Assembly (NCBI GenBank): GCA_964609115.1
Contig: CAZSRN010000001.1
Coordinates: 1-43,725, forward strand
Length of the DNA stretch: 43,725 nt
Direction of reading: 5' to 3'
Source of the DNA: an uncultured Veillonellaceae bacterium
Lineage (GTDB): Bacteria > Bacillota > Negativicutes > UBA1444
In this document: piece by piece, positions 16,704 through 24,966 of the stretch
Position numbering within the stretch: position 1 is the stretch's first letter
Layout: every line of letters starts with the position of its first letter
Translations under genes and position numbers: made by a program
The notes under the pieces: generated by a model
The model's database searches: none
The model's input: only the letters and a program-made list of their open reading frames with translations
What the model was told of the DNA's origin: nothing

Positions 16704-17912
16704 CTATCGGCCAAAAAGCTTGAAGCGTAAAGAGCGCTTGCCTGCAGTGTTCTCCGCATCCGGTTCCGGCGGAGCCAAAATGGCAGCCAAGGCCAAAATC
16801 CGTTGCGTTACCGGGCATTCCGGATTTGTGATGACAAACGGAACCCCTTTGTTGATTGAACTTACAACCGTCTTGGCGTCCGTAGGAATCAATGCCGCAA
16901 ATGTTTTTTTCAACGTCGATTCCACTTCCCGCGAATCAATGCCGCCTTCTGGAGTTGCCCGGTTCAACACCAACATGATTTTTTTGTCTTCATACCCAAG
17001 TGATTGCATGATTTCCAACGCAAGTTTGGTGTTTTTTACCGTTGGCAAATCCAGTGCTGCGACAAGCAGGATAAAATCTGATGCGTCCAGCGCCGCAATC
17101 GTTGTTTCACTAAAGGAAGAAGCTGTGTCCACAATAATATAATCATAGGCGCTCCGCAACTGTTTCAATACGGATCCCATGAGAGTTCCCGTTACACTTT
17201 CCGCCTGTTCCGGTCGTAGAGGCGCGGCCAATACCTGCAGCTGTTCGCTATAGGGGGTCATGTAGGATGATAAAATTTTATCTTCCAGTTGCCCTTTTTC
17301 GGCGCCAACATCCGCAATGGTGCTGCGTGGCAAAACATTTAAAACCAGCGCGGCATCACCAAATTGGATGTCTGCGTCCACAAGTGCAACCTTGGTCGCC
17401 GGACGAAATGATAATGCAGCCGCAAGATTAACGGCAATAGTCGTCTTCCCGACCCCGCCTTTGCCTGAAAAAACACTGATCACCCGACCGGGAACTTTGT
17501 CGCCGGATTTCTGCGTAAGAACATCCCGGATCTTACGATCGCGATGATAGGCATCCTTCACTGCGTTGATCAGTTCATCGCCGGTAAACGGTTTGGTCAG
17601 ATAGTTTTTCGCACCGGCCATCATGGCGCGTCGCAAATATTCCTGCTCGCCTTGCACACTCATAATGATAATGGACGTTTCGGGTATCTCCAGACTTAAC
17701 CGCTCAGTAGCGGCGATTCCATCCATCCCCGGCATATTGATATCCATTAAAATGATGTCCGGGCGCAGTTTCTTAGCCTGAGCCAGCGCTTCTTCCCCGC
17801 TGCAGGCCTGCCCTACAGCCTCGATTTCCGGCTGAAACTCCATTAGTTTTTCTATATTTTCCCGGGTCGTTGCTACGTCATCAACGATTAGGACTTTGAT
17901 TTTTTCGCTCAT
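16704..17912 (-). CDS. cpaE: Response-regulator receiver domain fused to a CpaE/TadZ-like ParA/MinD ATPase
   Basis: The REC domain has DD, an acceptor Asp in ILMDINMPGMDG and a Lys in LTKPF. It is followed by the deviant Walker A SGKGGVGKTT. The start overlaps the secretin stop by 32 nt. Confidence 0.85.
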   Translation of the reverse strand: MSEKIKVLIVDDVATTRENIEKLMEFQPEIEAVGQACSGEEALAQAKKLRPDIILMDINMPGMDGIAATERLSLEIPETSIIIMSVQGEQEYLRRAMMAGAKNYLTKPFTGDELINAVKDAYHRDRKIRDVLTQKSGDKVPGRVISVFSGKGGVGKTTIAVNLAAALSFRPATKVALVDADIQFGDAALVLNVLPRSTIADVGAEKGQLEDKILSSYMTPYSEQLQVLAAPLRPEQAESVTGTLMGSVLKQLRSAYDYIIVDTASSFSETTIAALDASDFILLVAALDLPTVKNTKLALEIMQSLGYEDKKIMLVLNRATPEGGIDSREVESTLKKTFAALIPTDAKTVVSSINKGVPFVITNPECPVTQRILALAAILAPPEPDAENTAGKRSLRFKLFGR

Positions 17913-19152
17913 CCGTTTTCACCCCCGCCGGGTTCTGATTCATGTGGTCTTTTAACTCCTGTGACATACTCGGCACTAACGCCTGTGGATCGACGATCAT
18001 CGGAGTCACGAGAATGATCAGTTCCGTCTCCCCTTTTGTGAAACTTGTGCTGCGAAACAACTGGCCAATTACCGGGAGATCTCCCAGCAAGGGAAGTTTT
18101 GTCACATCCCGGGTAATATCATTGGAAATCAATCCACCGATCGCCATAGTCTGACCGGACGACAGCGCAATGGAAGTTTCCGCCTTGCGCATTCGGATTG
18201 GCGGAATTTTTATGTTGGTTCCCAGTTCAATCTTATTGACCGAATTCCATTCCATGGCACTCACTTCAGCCTTGACTTTGCTGGTTATAATCCCGTCAAG
18301 GCTTGCTTCCGGCGTAATCTCCAGCTTGATGCCATAATCTTTCCATTCAATACTGATCTGCCCATTCTGATTACTGACAGGCACGGGAATTTGCCCTCCC
18401 ACCAGCATGCTTGCCTTATCGCCGCTCAGCGTCACCATGTTCGGCTGTGAAAGCAACTTGGCATACCCATTTTGTATCATCAAGTTGATTTGGGCATTTA
18501 TCGGAGCGTAATTACCAAAGTTACCAGCCATCGAGGTCGATCCAGTATTGGATTGGCTTTGGCCGACATAAAATATTCCGGGGGATGTTGTGGCAGAATT
18601 ACTGTAATATTTCAATCCCAGGTCCTGTGTTTTCATTCGGTTAATTTCCACAATTTTTGCTTCGATTTTAATTTGAATCGGCTTGGCAATCTCCAGCAAA
18701 TTCACTACTTTGTCGCCATACGCGCCTGCAATTTTCTCCGCTCGTAATCGTTGGTACTGATCATTTACAGTCCCTTCCAAAATCACTGTTTTATTAACTT
18801 TCACAACACGAATATCCGGGTACCCGAGAATGCGTTTGATTTCGTTGGCGATTGCCGGATCGTTGGCCGCTACTTCCACCTGATAAGATTGCTTCCCCAT
18901 GTTCGACCACACAATCAAGGTAGTCGTGCCGGTTTGCTTGCCCACAAGAATCAGTTCCGAGCTGGAAACGACAACAACATCCGCTACGTCAGGATTGGCA
19001 ATCGCTGCTCGTTGCAAGCCGTACATCGTTATCGTCCTGGATTGGCCCGCGCCCACCGTCATCTTGGTTGGCGCTTCCGCCGCCACAACACCCACAGGCG
19101 ATAGAACGATGAAAAAACATAGCAGGATTCCAGACAACAGTAATTTTCTCAT
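17881..19152 (-). CDS. cpaC: Tad-type outer-membrane secretin (CpaC/RcpA family)
   Basis: Signal peptide MRKLLLSGILLCFFIVLSPVGVVAA, a pilus-N domain, a BON-like segment, and a secretin C-domain with LPLLGDLPVIGQLFR. Start set at the ATG at 19152. Confidence 0.88.
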   Translation of the reverse strand: MRKLLLSGILLCFFIVLSPVGVVAAEAPTKMTVGAGQSRTITMYGLQRAAIANPDVADVVVVSSSELILVGKQTGTTTLIVWSNMGKQSYQVEVAANDPAIANEIKRILGYPDIRVVKVNKTVILEGTVNDQYQRLRAEKIAGAYGDKVVNLLEIAKPIQIKIEAKIVEINRMKTQDLGLKYYSNSATTSPGIFYVGQSQSNTGSTSMAGNFGNYAPINAQINLMIQNGYAKLLSQPNMVTLSGDKASMLVGGQIPVPVSNQNGQISIEWKDYGIKLEITPEASLDGIITSKVKAEVSAMEWNSVNKIELGTNIKIPPIRMRKAETSIALSSGQTMAIGGLISNDITRDVTKLPLLGDLPVIGQLFRSTSFTKGETELIILVTPMIVDPQALVPSMSQELKDHMNQNPAGVKTDERKNQSPNR

Positions 19153-19168
19153 GTTCCCATCACCCCTT

Positions 19169-20041
19169 TTACTCAATTTTCGTCCCTCGAATCACCATAA
19201 CACCAGGTACTCCCTTGGATGCGTCTTGAAAAACTCCCGCTGCGGGCGCCGGGACTGCAGGTGAAGCCGGTTGTTCTTTTCCTGTTTGTACAGGTGATTT
19301 TTGGATTCCAACAATGTCGGTTGGTGTAACCGGCTGTACCGCTGCCACTCCTGTTTCCGGCAGAAATGGGCGCAACGTCAACCTTAATTTCCCCTTTTCC
19401 TCCGCCAAGGTCACTTTTGTCGCTTCCTCAGGCGAGACTGCCAGTGTCACGGTTGATAGTTTAACCACCCCGGCATCTTTGGCTGCATCTTTTTTCCCAT
19501 CCCGTTCCTGAGGCACTTCGCTTTCACGATTCACGGCCAACACCGGTACATTTTGCAACAAAATCTGGCTGACATTCCCGCCGGCCACCTGTTGATCAAA
19601 GGTCACAATAGCGTCAACGGAATCCCCTGCCTTTAGAAGGCCGGATACTCCCGTTACATCAGAAACCGCAATCGTTAATGCCCGCTTACCGGCAGGAATT
19701 ACTCCTGTAAACCCCGCTTGCTTGCCTGCCGTAAGCAGCCGGCGTTCCAACACCTGTTCTCCCCCCACGATGGCTTCCCGTGTCATTATCCCCAAAACCT
19801 TTGATAAATCCCGTACCGCGCCGCTTTGTATATAGTCGGCCGGCATCTGCGATTCTTGAACCATGTCGGAAGTGATTTTCGTCTTCGGGGGAATATCAAC
19901 CTTGGCCGTAATAACAGTTGCCAACTCTGAAGGTGGCGGCTGTTGAGCGCTCTCCCGCAAAAAATTAAAAACAAGGACTGCTGTAATCAGGCTTAATGCC
20001 AATGCGATTCCCAACAGTCCCTTGCTTGACAACTTTGCCAC
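19169..20041 (-). CDS. cpaB: Flp pilus assembly protein CpaB/RcpC (SAF domain)
   Basis: One N-terminal TM segment, then a SAF-like ...ITSDMV...P.... region and the RcpC-like GFTGVIPAGKRALTIAV...GLLKAGDSVD. Start set at the GTG at 20041, 8 nt after an AAGGAGG RBS. Confidence 0.85.
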   Translation of the reverse strand: MAKLSSKGLLGIALALSLITAVLVFNFLRESAQQPPPSELATVITAKVDIPPKTKITSDMVQESQMPADYIQSGAVRDLSKVLGIMTREAIVGGEQVLERRLLTAGKQAGFTGVIPAGKRALTIAVSDVTGVSGLLKAGDSVDAIVTFDQQVAGGNVSQILLQNVPVLAVNRESEVPQERDGKKDAAKDAGVVKLSTVTLAVSPEEATKVTLAEEKGKLRLTLRPFLPETGVAAVQPVTPTDIVGIQKSPVQTGKEQPASPAVPAPAAGVFQDASKGVPGVMVIRGTKIE

Positions 20042-20076
20042 CGGGTCTCCCTCCTTCACGCCACATTCGTGGTTTC

Positions 20077-20105
20077 ATTGTACAGGAGCCTCGACTAAAC
20101 CTCAA
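20077..20105 (-). promoter_or_regulatory. Candidate sigma-A promoter of the cpaB operon (-35 TTGAGG, 17 nt, extended -10 TGT TACAAT)
   Basis: Read on the minus strand, about 35 nt upstream of the cpaB start. Confidence 0.5.
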
Positions 20106-20134
20106 TAGAACAGTCATTCAAGCGATGCAACTTC

Positions 20135-20163
20135 AGTCTCATTTTTTATAGGACCCGTGTCCC
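20135..20163 (-). promoter_or_regulatory. Composite motif site D: GGGACACGGGTCCT, 9 nt, GAGACT
   Basis: Lies upstream of the cpaB operon promoter, in the corA-cpaB gap. Confidence 0.4.
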
Positions 20164-20178
20164 TTTTTTAGTTACACG

Positions 20179-21315
20179 TCACAACCACTTTTTAGTGCGA
20201 AAATATCGCAGCATGCCCAATGTAACCAGTCCCATAACGGTCCAAACGGCAAAATAACCATACTTCCACTTTAGTTCCGGCATATATTCAAAATTCATGC
20301 CATATACGCCGGCAATAAATGTTAACGGAATGAACAGTGTCGAAATGATCGTTAACACTTTCATTACTTCATTCAATCGGTAACTGATGCTCGACAGGTA
20401 AATGTCCAGCATGCCGGAAATCAAGTCTCTATAAGTTTCTACAGTATCGATGACCTGAATAATATGATCGTAAGCGTCCCTCAGATAGGGGCCCGTCTCA
20501 GCGGAACAAAAGCGTGAGCTACAGCGTTCAAAGGTCCCGATAATCTCCCGAACCGGCCAAACTGCTTTATGCAAGTACATCATCTGCCGTTTGAACGCAT
20601 GAATCTGCCGCAACAACGGGGGTCCCGGCTGCCTAACCAACTCTTCATCAAGAAACTCTATCGCGTCTCCCAAGTCCTCCAGCACCACAAAGAACTGATC
20701 CACCATTACATCCAGCAATGCATAAGCCAGGTAGTCGGCTCCCTGAGTCCTCAGCCGTCCTTTCCCGTTCAAAATACGCTCTCTTACAGGAGTAAATAAT
20801 GACCCGTTACTTTCCGCAAATGATATAACCCAATTTTCGCCAAACAGCAGGCTCACCTGCTCGAATGATATATCCAATTTGTGATTTGTTTTCACAGAAG
20901 ATTTATGGTGAGGATTTGCAACCGCCGCCTCATGCTGCGCAAACGGAATTCGCGCCACCAAAAACAAGTACTGATCATACTCCTCAAACTTTGGTCGCTG
21001 CGTGGTATTCAGAATATCTTCCAACACCAAGGGGTGAATCGAAAATTGCCGTCCAATCTCCTCTATCGCATTCACATCATGAATTCCGTTAATTTCGATC
21101 CAAGATATAGTACGTGATGGATGAAACGGCAATAATTTTTCCCATTCATCGAATTCCCGGGTGTTGGCGCCAGTCGCGTCAAAGTCTGTCTGGCGGACCC
21201 GGATTTTTTCCGAATAAACCGCTCCGACATGTGTCAGCGTTCCCGGCGGAAACCCCTTTTTCCCTGCATAAGCAGTTGAGATGCGTTTCAGAGGATCACC
21301 CCGTAATTTTATCAT
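20179..21315 (-). CDS. corA: CorA-family magnesium/cobalt transporter
   Basis: The C-terminus carries YGMNFEYMPE (GMN motif) between two TM helices. Confidence 0.9.
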   Translation of the reverse strand: MIKLRGDPLKRISTAYAGKKGFPPGTLTHVGAVYSEKIRVRQTDFDATGANTREFDEWEKLLPFHPSRTISWIEINGIHDVNAIEEIGRQFSIHPLVLEDILNTTQRPKFEEYDQYLFLVARIPFAQHEAAVANPHHKSSVKTNHKLDISFEQVSLLFGENWVISFAESNGSLFTPVRERILNGKGRLRTQGADYLAYALLDVMVDQFFVVLEDLGDAIEFLDEELVRQPGPPLLRQIHAFKRQMMYLHKAVWPVREIIGTFERCSSRFCSAETGPYLRDAYDHIIQVIDTVETYRDLISGMLDIYLSSISYRLNEVMKVLTIISTLFIPLTFIAGVYGMNFEYMPELKWKYGYFAVWTVMGLVTLGMLRYFRTKKWL

Positions 21316-21454
21316 TTTGACAAATTCATTCTTATTTTCAGAATTTGACGTTGATGGACAAAAGTCCTTCTCTATTCAGCAGATGCGAGTATTAAAATTC
21401 CATAACCCAAAATGCAGAAACTAGCCCGACGTGTGGAAAATTCGACAAAGATAG

Positions 21455-21469
21455 TATACACTGTGTATA
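21455..21469. promoter_or_regulatory. Perfect palindrome TATACAC-T-GTGTATA, candidate operator
   Basis: A 7-1-7 inverted repeat about 50 nt upstream of the TTG start at 21521, in a divergent intergenic region. Confidence 0.3.
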
Positions 21470-21520
21470 AGATCTTCATCTTAACGTTCCTTAAAATATA
21501 ATGCAAAGAAGGTTTTTTTC

Positions 21521-22795
21521 TTGGACATTATCAAAGAATTGTTGAAAAATATTTCTTTGCCCCGCATGATAAAAATTGGTCAAAAATTTGACGCAACCGA
21601 AATATCGGATGTGCCTTTTGCATTGCGGCAGCACCTATCTGATTCCGGGCAGCTGGAGCAAATCAAACCTGGAATGCGAATCGCCATTGCGGTGGGTAGC
21701 CGGGGAGTGGCGCAAATTCAGTCACTAGTCCGGACTACCGTCGAAGAACTAAAGAAGCGTGGCGCTGAGCCTTTTGTCGTTCCAGCCATGGGGAGTCATG
21801 GCGGAGCGACCGGAGAAGGACAAGCCGAGGTATTGGCGCATCTTGGAATCAGCGAAACATCGGTGGGATGTCCTATTGTATCGTCCATGGAAGTAGTGGA
21901 AGTTTCACGTCTGAGCAATGGATTACCCGTATATGTGGACAAAAACGCTTATCAGTCCGACGGCATCGTGCCGATCAACCGTATTAAACCTCACACAGCC
22001 TTTAGAGGAGCCAATGAAAGCGGACTTGCCAAAATGATTGCGATTGGTCTGGGAAAGCAAAAAGGCGCTGAAACTTGCCATGCCTACGGATTCAAGCACA
22101 TGGCTGTCCATGTTCCCGCCATGGCCCGCGAAGCGATTGCTCACGCTCCCATTTTATTTGGAATCGGAACAGTAGAGAACGCTTACGATCATGTCGCAAA
22201 AATCGCCGTTGTCGGCGCTGACAAATTGATTGAGACGGATAAAGCTTTACTGGTGGAAGCCAAAGCAGCCATGCCGCGAATTGGGTTCTCGCTAATTGAC
22301 GTATTGATTATTGATGAAATTGGCAAAGATATTTCCGGCGACGGAATGGATCCCAACATTACGGGACGTTATCCTACGCCTTATCCTTCCGGAGGCCCGG
22401 AAGTCACAAAAATGGTAGTTCTTGATCTGACGGAAAAAACGAACGGTAATGCCAATGGTGTTGGAACCGCCGATTTTACAACCCGCCGGTTGGTAGAGAA
22501 AGCCGATTTTAAAGCCATGTATGCCAATGGCATTACATCAACCGTTGTTAAGCCTACTTCAATCCCGATGACATTGGATTGTGACCGGGACGCTATCCGA
22601 GTTGCCGTCAAAACTTCAAATGCCCTGGATCTTGATAAAATCCGTTTGGTACGTATCAAAAACACTTTAAGCCTGGGTGAATTGATGATTTCCGAAGCAT
22701 TGCTGGATGAAGCCCGCGCCATCTCCAATGTGACCATTTTATCGGATCCATTTGAATTGGAATTTGATGAGCAGGGAAACCTCAAGGAGAAATAA
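21521..22795 (+). CDS. LarA-like (lactate racemase N-terminal domain, DUF2088-type) protein
   Basis: AMGSHGGATGEGQ...NRIKPHTAFRGANESGLAKMIAIGLGKQKGA resembles this family from memory. TTG start with an AAGAAGG RBS. Confidence 0.5.
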   Translation: MDIIKELLKNISLPRMIKIGQKFDATEISDVPFALRQHLSDSGQLEQIKPGMRIAIAVGSRGVAQIQSLVRTTVEELKKRGAEPFVVPAMGSHGGATGEGQAEVLAHLGISETSVGCPIVSSMEVVEVSRLSNGLPVYVDKNAYQSDGIVPINRIKPHTAFRGANESGLAKMIAIGLGKQKGAETCHAYGFKHMAVHVPAMAREAIAHAPILFGIGTVENAYDHVAKIAVVGADKLIETDKALLVEAKAAMPRIGFSLIDVLIIDEIGKDISGDGMDPNITGRYPTPYPSGGPEVTKMVVLDLTEKTNGNANGVGTADFTTRRLVEKADFKAMYANGITSTVVKPTSIPMTLDCDRDAIRVAVKTSNALDLDKIRLVRIKNTLSLGELMISEALLDEARAISNVTILSDPFELEFDEQGNLKEK

Positions 22796-22798
22796 TCT

Positions 22799-23659
22799 AT
22801 GGATGTTCTTTCCTCTGATGTCAGTACTGCCCGGCGGAACCATAGCCGGGCCATTCTTTTTTTACTTATGGCCGCTCTTTTGTGGAGCACTGGTGGGTTT
22901 TTCATCAAATGGGTAGATTGGAACCCGATGGCAATCGCCGGTGGTCGAAGCGCTATCTCCGCCCTTGTTTTTGCTGTAGCATTCCGCAAAGATCTTAAAA
23001 TCACCGGATCTCCGCTTCAGTTAATTGCGGCTCTGGCTTATGCCCTTACCGTTACTCTTTTCGTTATCGCCAATAAAACAACAACGGCCGCCAATGCCAT
23101 TTTATTGCAATATACCGCGCCAGTCCATGTAGCGTTGCTTTCGGCCTACTTCCTGAAAGAACATACGAGCCGACGCGACTGGTGGACGATTATTGCCGTC
23201 CTTGCCGGTATGGTTCTCTTCTTTTTTGAACAGATGAGCCCCGGCAATTTGATTGGCAATTTTTGTGCGTTGTTCAGCGGCTTTACGTTTGGCCTGTTCA
23301 TTGTGTTGTTACGCAAGCAACGGAACTCATCCCCGGCTGCTTCGGTCTTTTTGGGGAACGTTTTCACTGCATTGGCCGGTTTGCCGTTTATGTTTGATTC
23401 AGGACCTAGCCCCACCGGTTGGATCGGGCTTGTGTTTCTCGGTATTTTTCAGCTCGGGCTGGCCTATGTTTTTTACACTTGGGCCATTTCACACGTTACC
23501 GCAATGGAAGCCGTATTGATTCCATTGATTGAACCGGTTCTCAACCCGATCTGGGTTTTCGCTTTACTGGGGGAAGTTCCCGCCGGGACCTCTTTGGCTG
23601 GCGGTCTGGTGATTATTGGTGCAGTAACTGCAAGACAACTCATGGGAGCACGAAAATGA
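22799..23659 (+). CDS. EamA/DMT-family transporter
   Basis: About 10 TM segments with a duplicated EamA-like pattern (LLWSTGGFFIK...; IFQLGLAYVFYTWAI). Confidence 0.8.
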   Translation: MDVLSSDVSTARRNHSRAILFLLMAALLWSTGGFFIKWVDWNPMAIAGGRSAISALVFAVAFRKDLKITGSPLQLIAALAYALTVTLFVIANKTTTAANAILLQYTAPVHVALLSAYFLKEHTSRRDWWTIIAVLAGMVLFFFEQMSPGNLIGNFCALFSGFTFGLFIVLLRKQRNSSPAASVFLGNVFTALAGLPFMFDSGPSPTGWIGLVFLGIFQLGLAYVFYTWAISHVTAMEAVLIPLIEPVLNPIWVFALLGEVPAGTSLAGGLVIIGAVTARQLMGARK

Positions 23660-24831
23660 TCAAAACTCTTGTTATGCTTTTTAAAAACCGCCAGTTTCAA
23701 AGCATTGCCTGCATCCAGGTTTTCAACGTATTCGGCGCTAATTTGATCGCGCCGGTGTTGCCGCTCTACCTTTCGCTGCAAGGGATGTCAGCTTCCCGGA
23801 TTGGTTTGGTTATGGGAATTATGGCGATTGGAGCGCTGGTTATGCGCCCTTGGGCCGGTCGAAGCATCGACCAGCGAGGCAGCCGACCGGTAATTCTATT
23901 TGGCCAGGTTCTATTGGGCGCTTGCTTTTCTGCATTTCTCTGGTTTACTAGCTTTTGGCTGCTTTTGCTTGTGCGTTTCGTGCAGGGAGCCGCTCAATCC
24001 TTTTATTCCACAGCCGCCGTCACTTTTGCCAGCAGTGTTGAATCTCCGCAGAATACCGCCAGCGCTATTTCGATGTACACCGTTTTTACCATGATAGGAT
24101 TGGGCAGTGCTACAAGCCTGGCCCCTCTCTTTTTTCACGAAATCGGCTTCACTCGTTTGGTCGCGCTAAGTTTACTGGCTATGGGGATCGCCATCTTTTT
24201 CGCCTTATTTCGTGCTCGTCCTATCGCACCTATTCGAGATTCCGAAGTATTGCCTTTTTCTTCCGTATTGCATTTGAAAGCGGTCTGGGCGCCAACGGTC
24301 TGCCTTTTTGCTTCCAACTTTGTGTTCAGCACATTGTTCACCTTTGTGCCGCTTTACGCTATTTCGGTTTCGCTTCAGAATTATTCGGTTTTTTACATTT
24401 TTTTCGCCATTGCGGTCATTGCAACCCGCCTGGGAGTTCAACACCTCACGCAAACCTATCGGGCTGAAACGGTTGCTACTGTTGCCAGTTTGATGAATGT
24501 CGGCAGTGCTTTGGTTATCGCGATTTATCCTTCCGCTTTTACCTTCGCCGTTTCCGGTGTATTAATCGGCCTTGGCTTTGGCGTAATTTTCCCCGCCCTT
24601 ACCGTATATGTCGTTCAACGGATTTCTCCCTCCATCAAGGGAACCGGCTTGTCCATTCTGACCGCTTCCGGAGATGTCGGCAACGCACTCGGCGCTGCTA
24701 TTTTGGGAATTGTTGCTGAACAGTTCGGTTTCCGCTGGGTCTTTATCCTCTCTGCCCTTGTCGTATTGATATGCGCCCGTTACTTCTATGTCACACTGGT
24801 AGTCCATGCAGAAAAAGACATAGCGAAGTAA
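23656..24831 (+). CDS. MFS transporter
   Basis: A 12-TM profile with an MFS loop motif (RPWAGRSIDQRGSR). A 4-nt overlap with the EamA gene indicates an operon. Confidence 0.8.
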   Translation: MIKTLVMLFKNRQFQSIACIQVFNVFGANLIAPVLPLYLSLQGMSASRIGLVMGIMAIGALVMRPWAGRSIDQRGSRPVILFGQVLLGACFSAFLWFTSFWLLLLVRFVQGAAQSFYSTAAVTFASSVESPQNTASAISMYTVFTMIGLGSATSLAPLFFHEIGFTRLVALSLLAMGIAIFFALFRARPIAPIRDSEVLPFSSVLHLKAVWAPTVCLFASNFVFSTLFTFVPLYAISVSLQNYSVFYIFFAIAVIATRLGVQHLTQTYRAETVATVASLMNVGSALVIAIYPSAFTFAVSGVLIGLGFGVIFPALTVYVVQRISPSIKGTGLSILTASGDVGNALGAAILGIVAEQFGFRWVFILSALVVLICARYFYVTLVVHAEKDIAK

Positions 24832-24882
24832 GAAATCAGGCGCGAAAAACGAAAAGCACTTCCAAAATTTTTCTATGAAAAC

Positions 24883-24939
24883 AGGGGCTGTCTCGGACTA
24901 GGCTTTTTAACCTAAACGAGATAGCCCCTACCTTTTTTA
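24883..24939. terminator. Bidirectional terminator between the MFS gene and gnd
   Basis: AGGGGCUGUCUCG...CGAGAUAGCCCCU, followed by CCUUUUUU on the plus strand and UGUUUUC on the minus strand. Confidence 0.6.
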
Positions 24940-24966
24940 CGTGAGAGTTACTTGCGACATGTTCGT

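Noticed and set aside
21316-21520. Mg2+ (M-box) riboswitch expected upstream of corA
   Set aside because: The minus-strand leader shows none of the M-box conserved segments or its multi-helix architecture. The region is AT-rich and mostly unstructured by eye.
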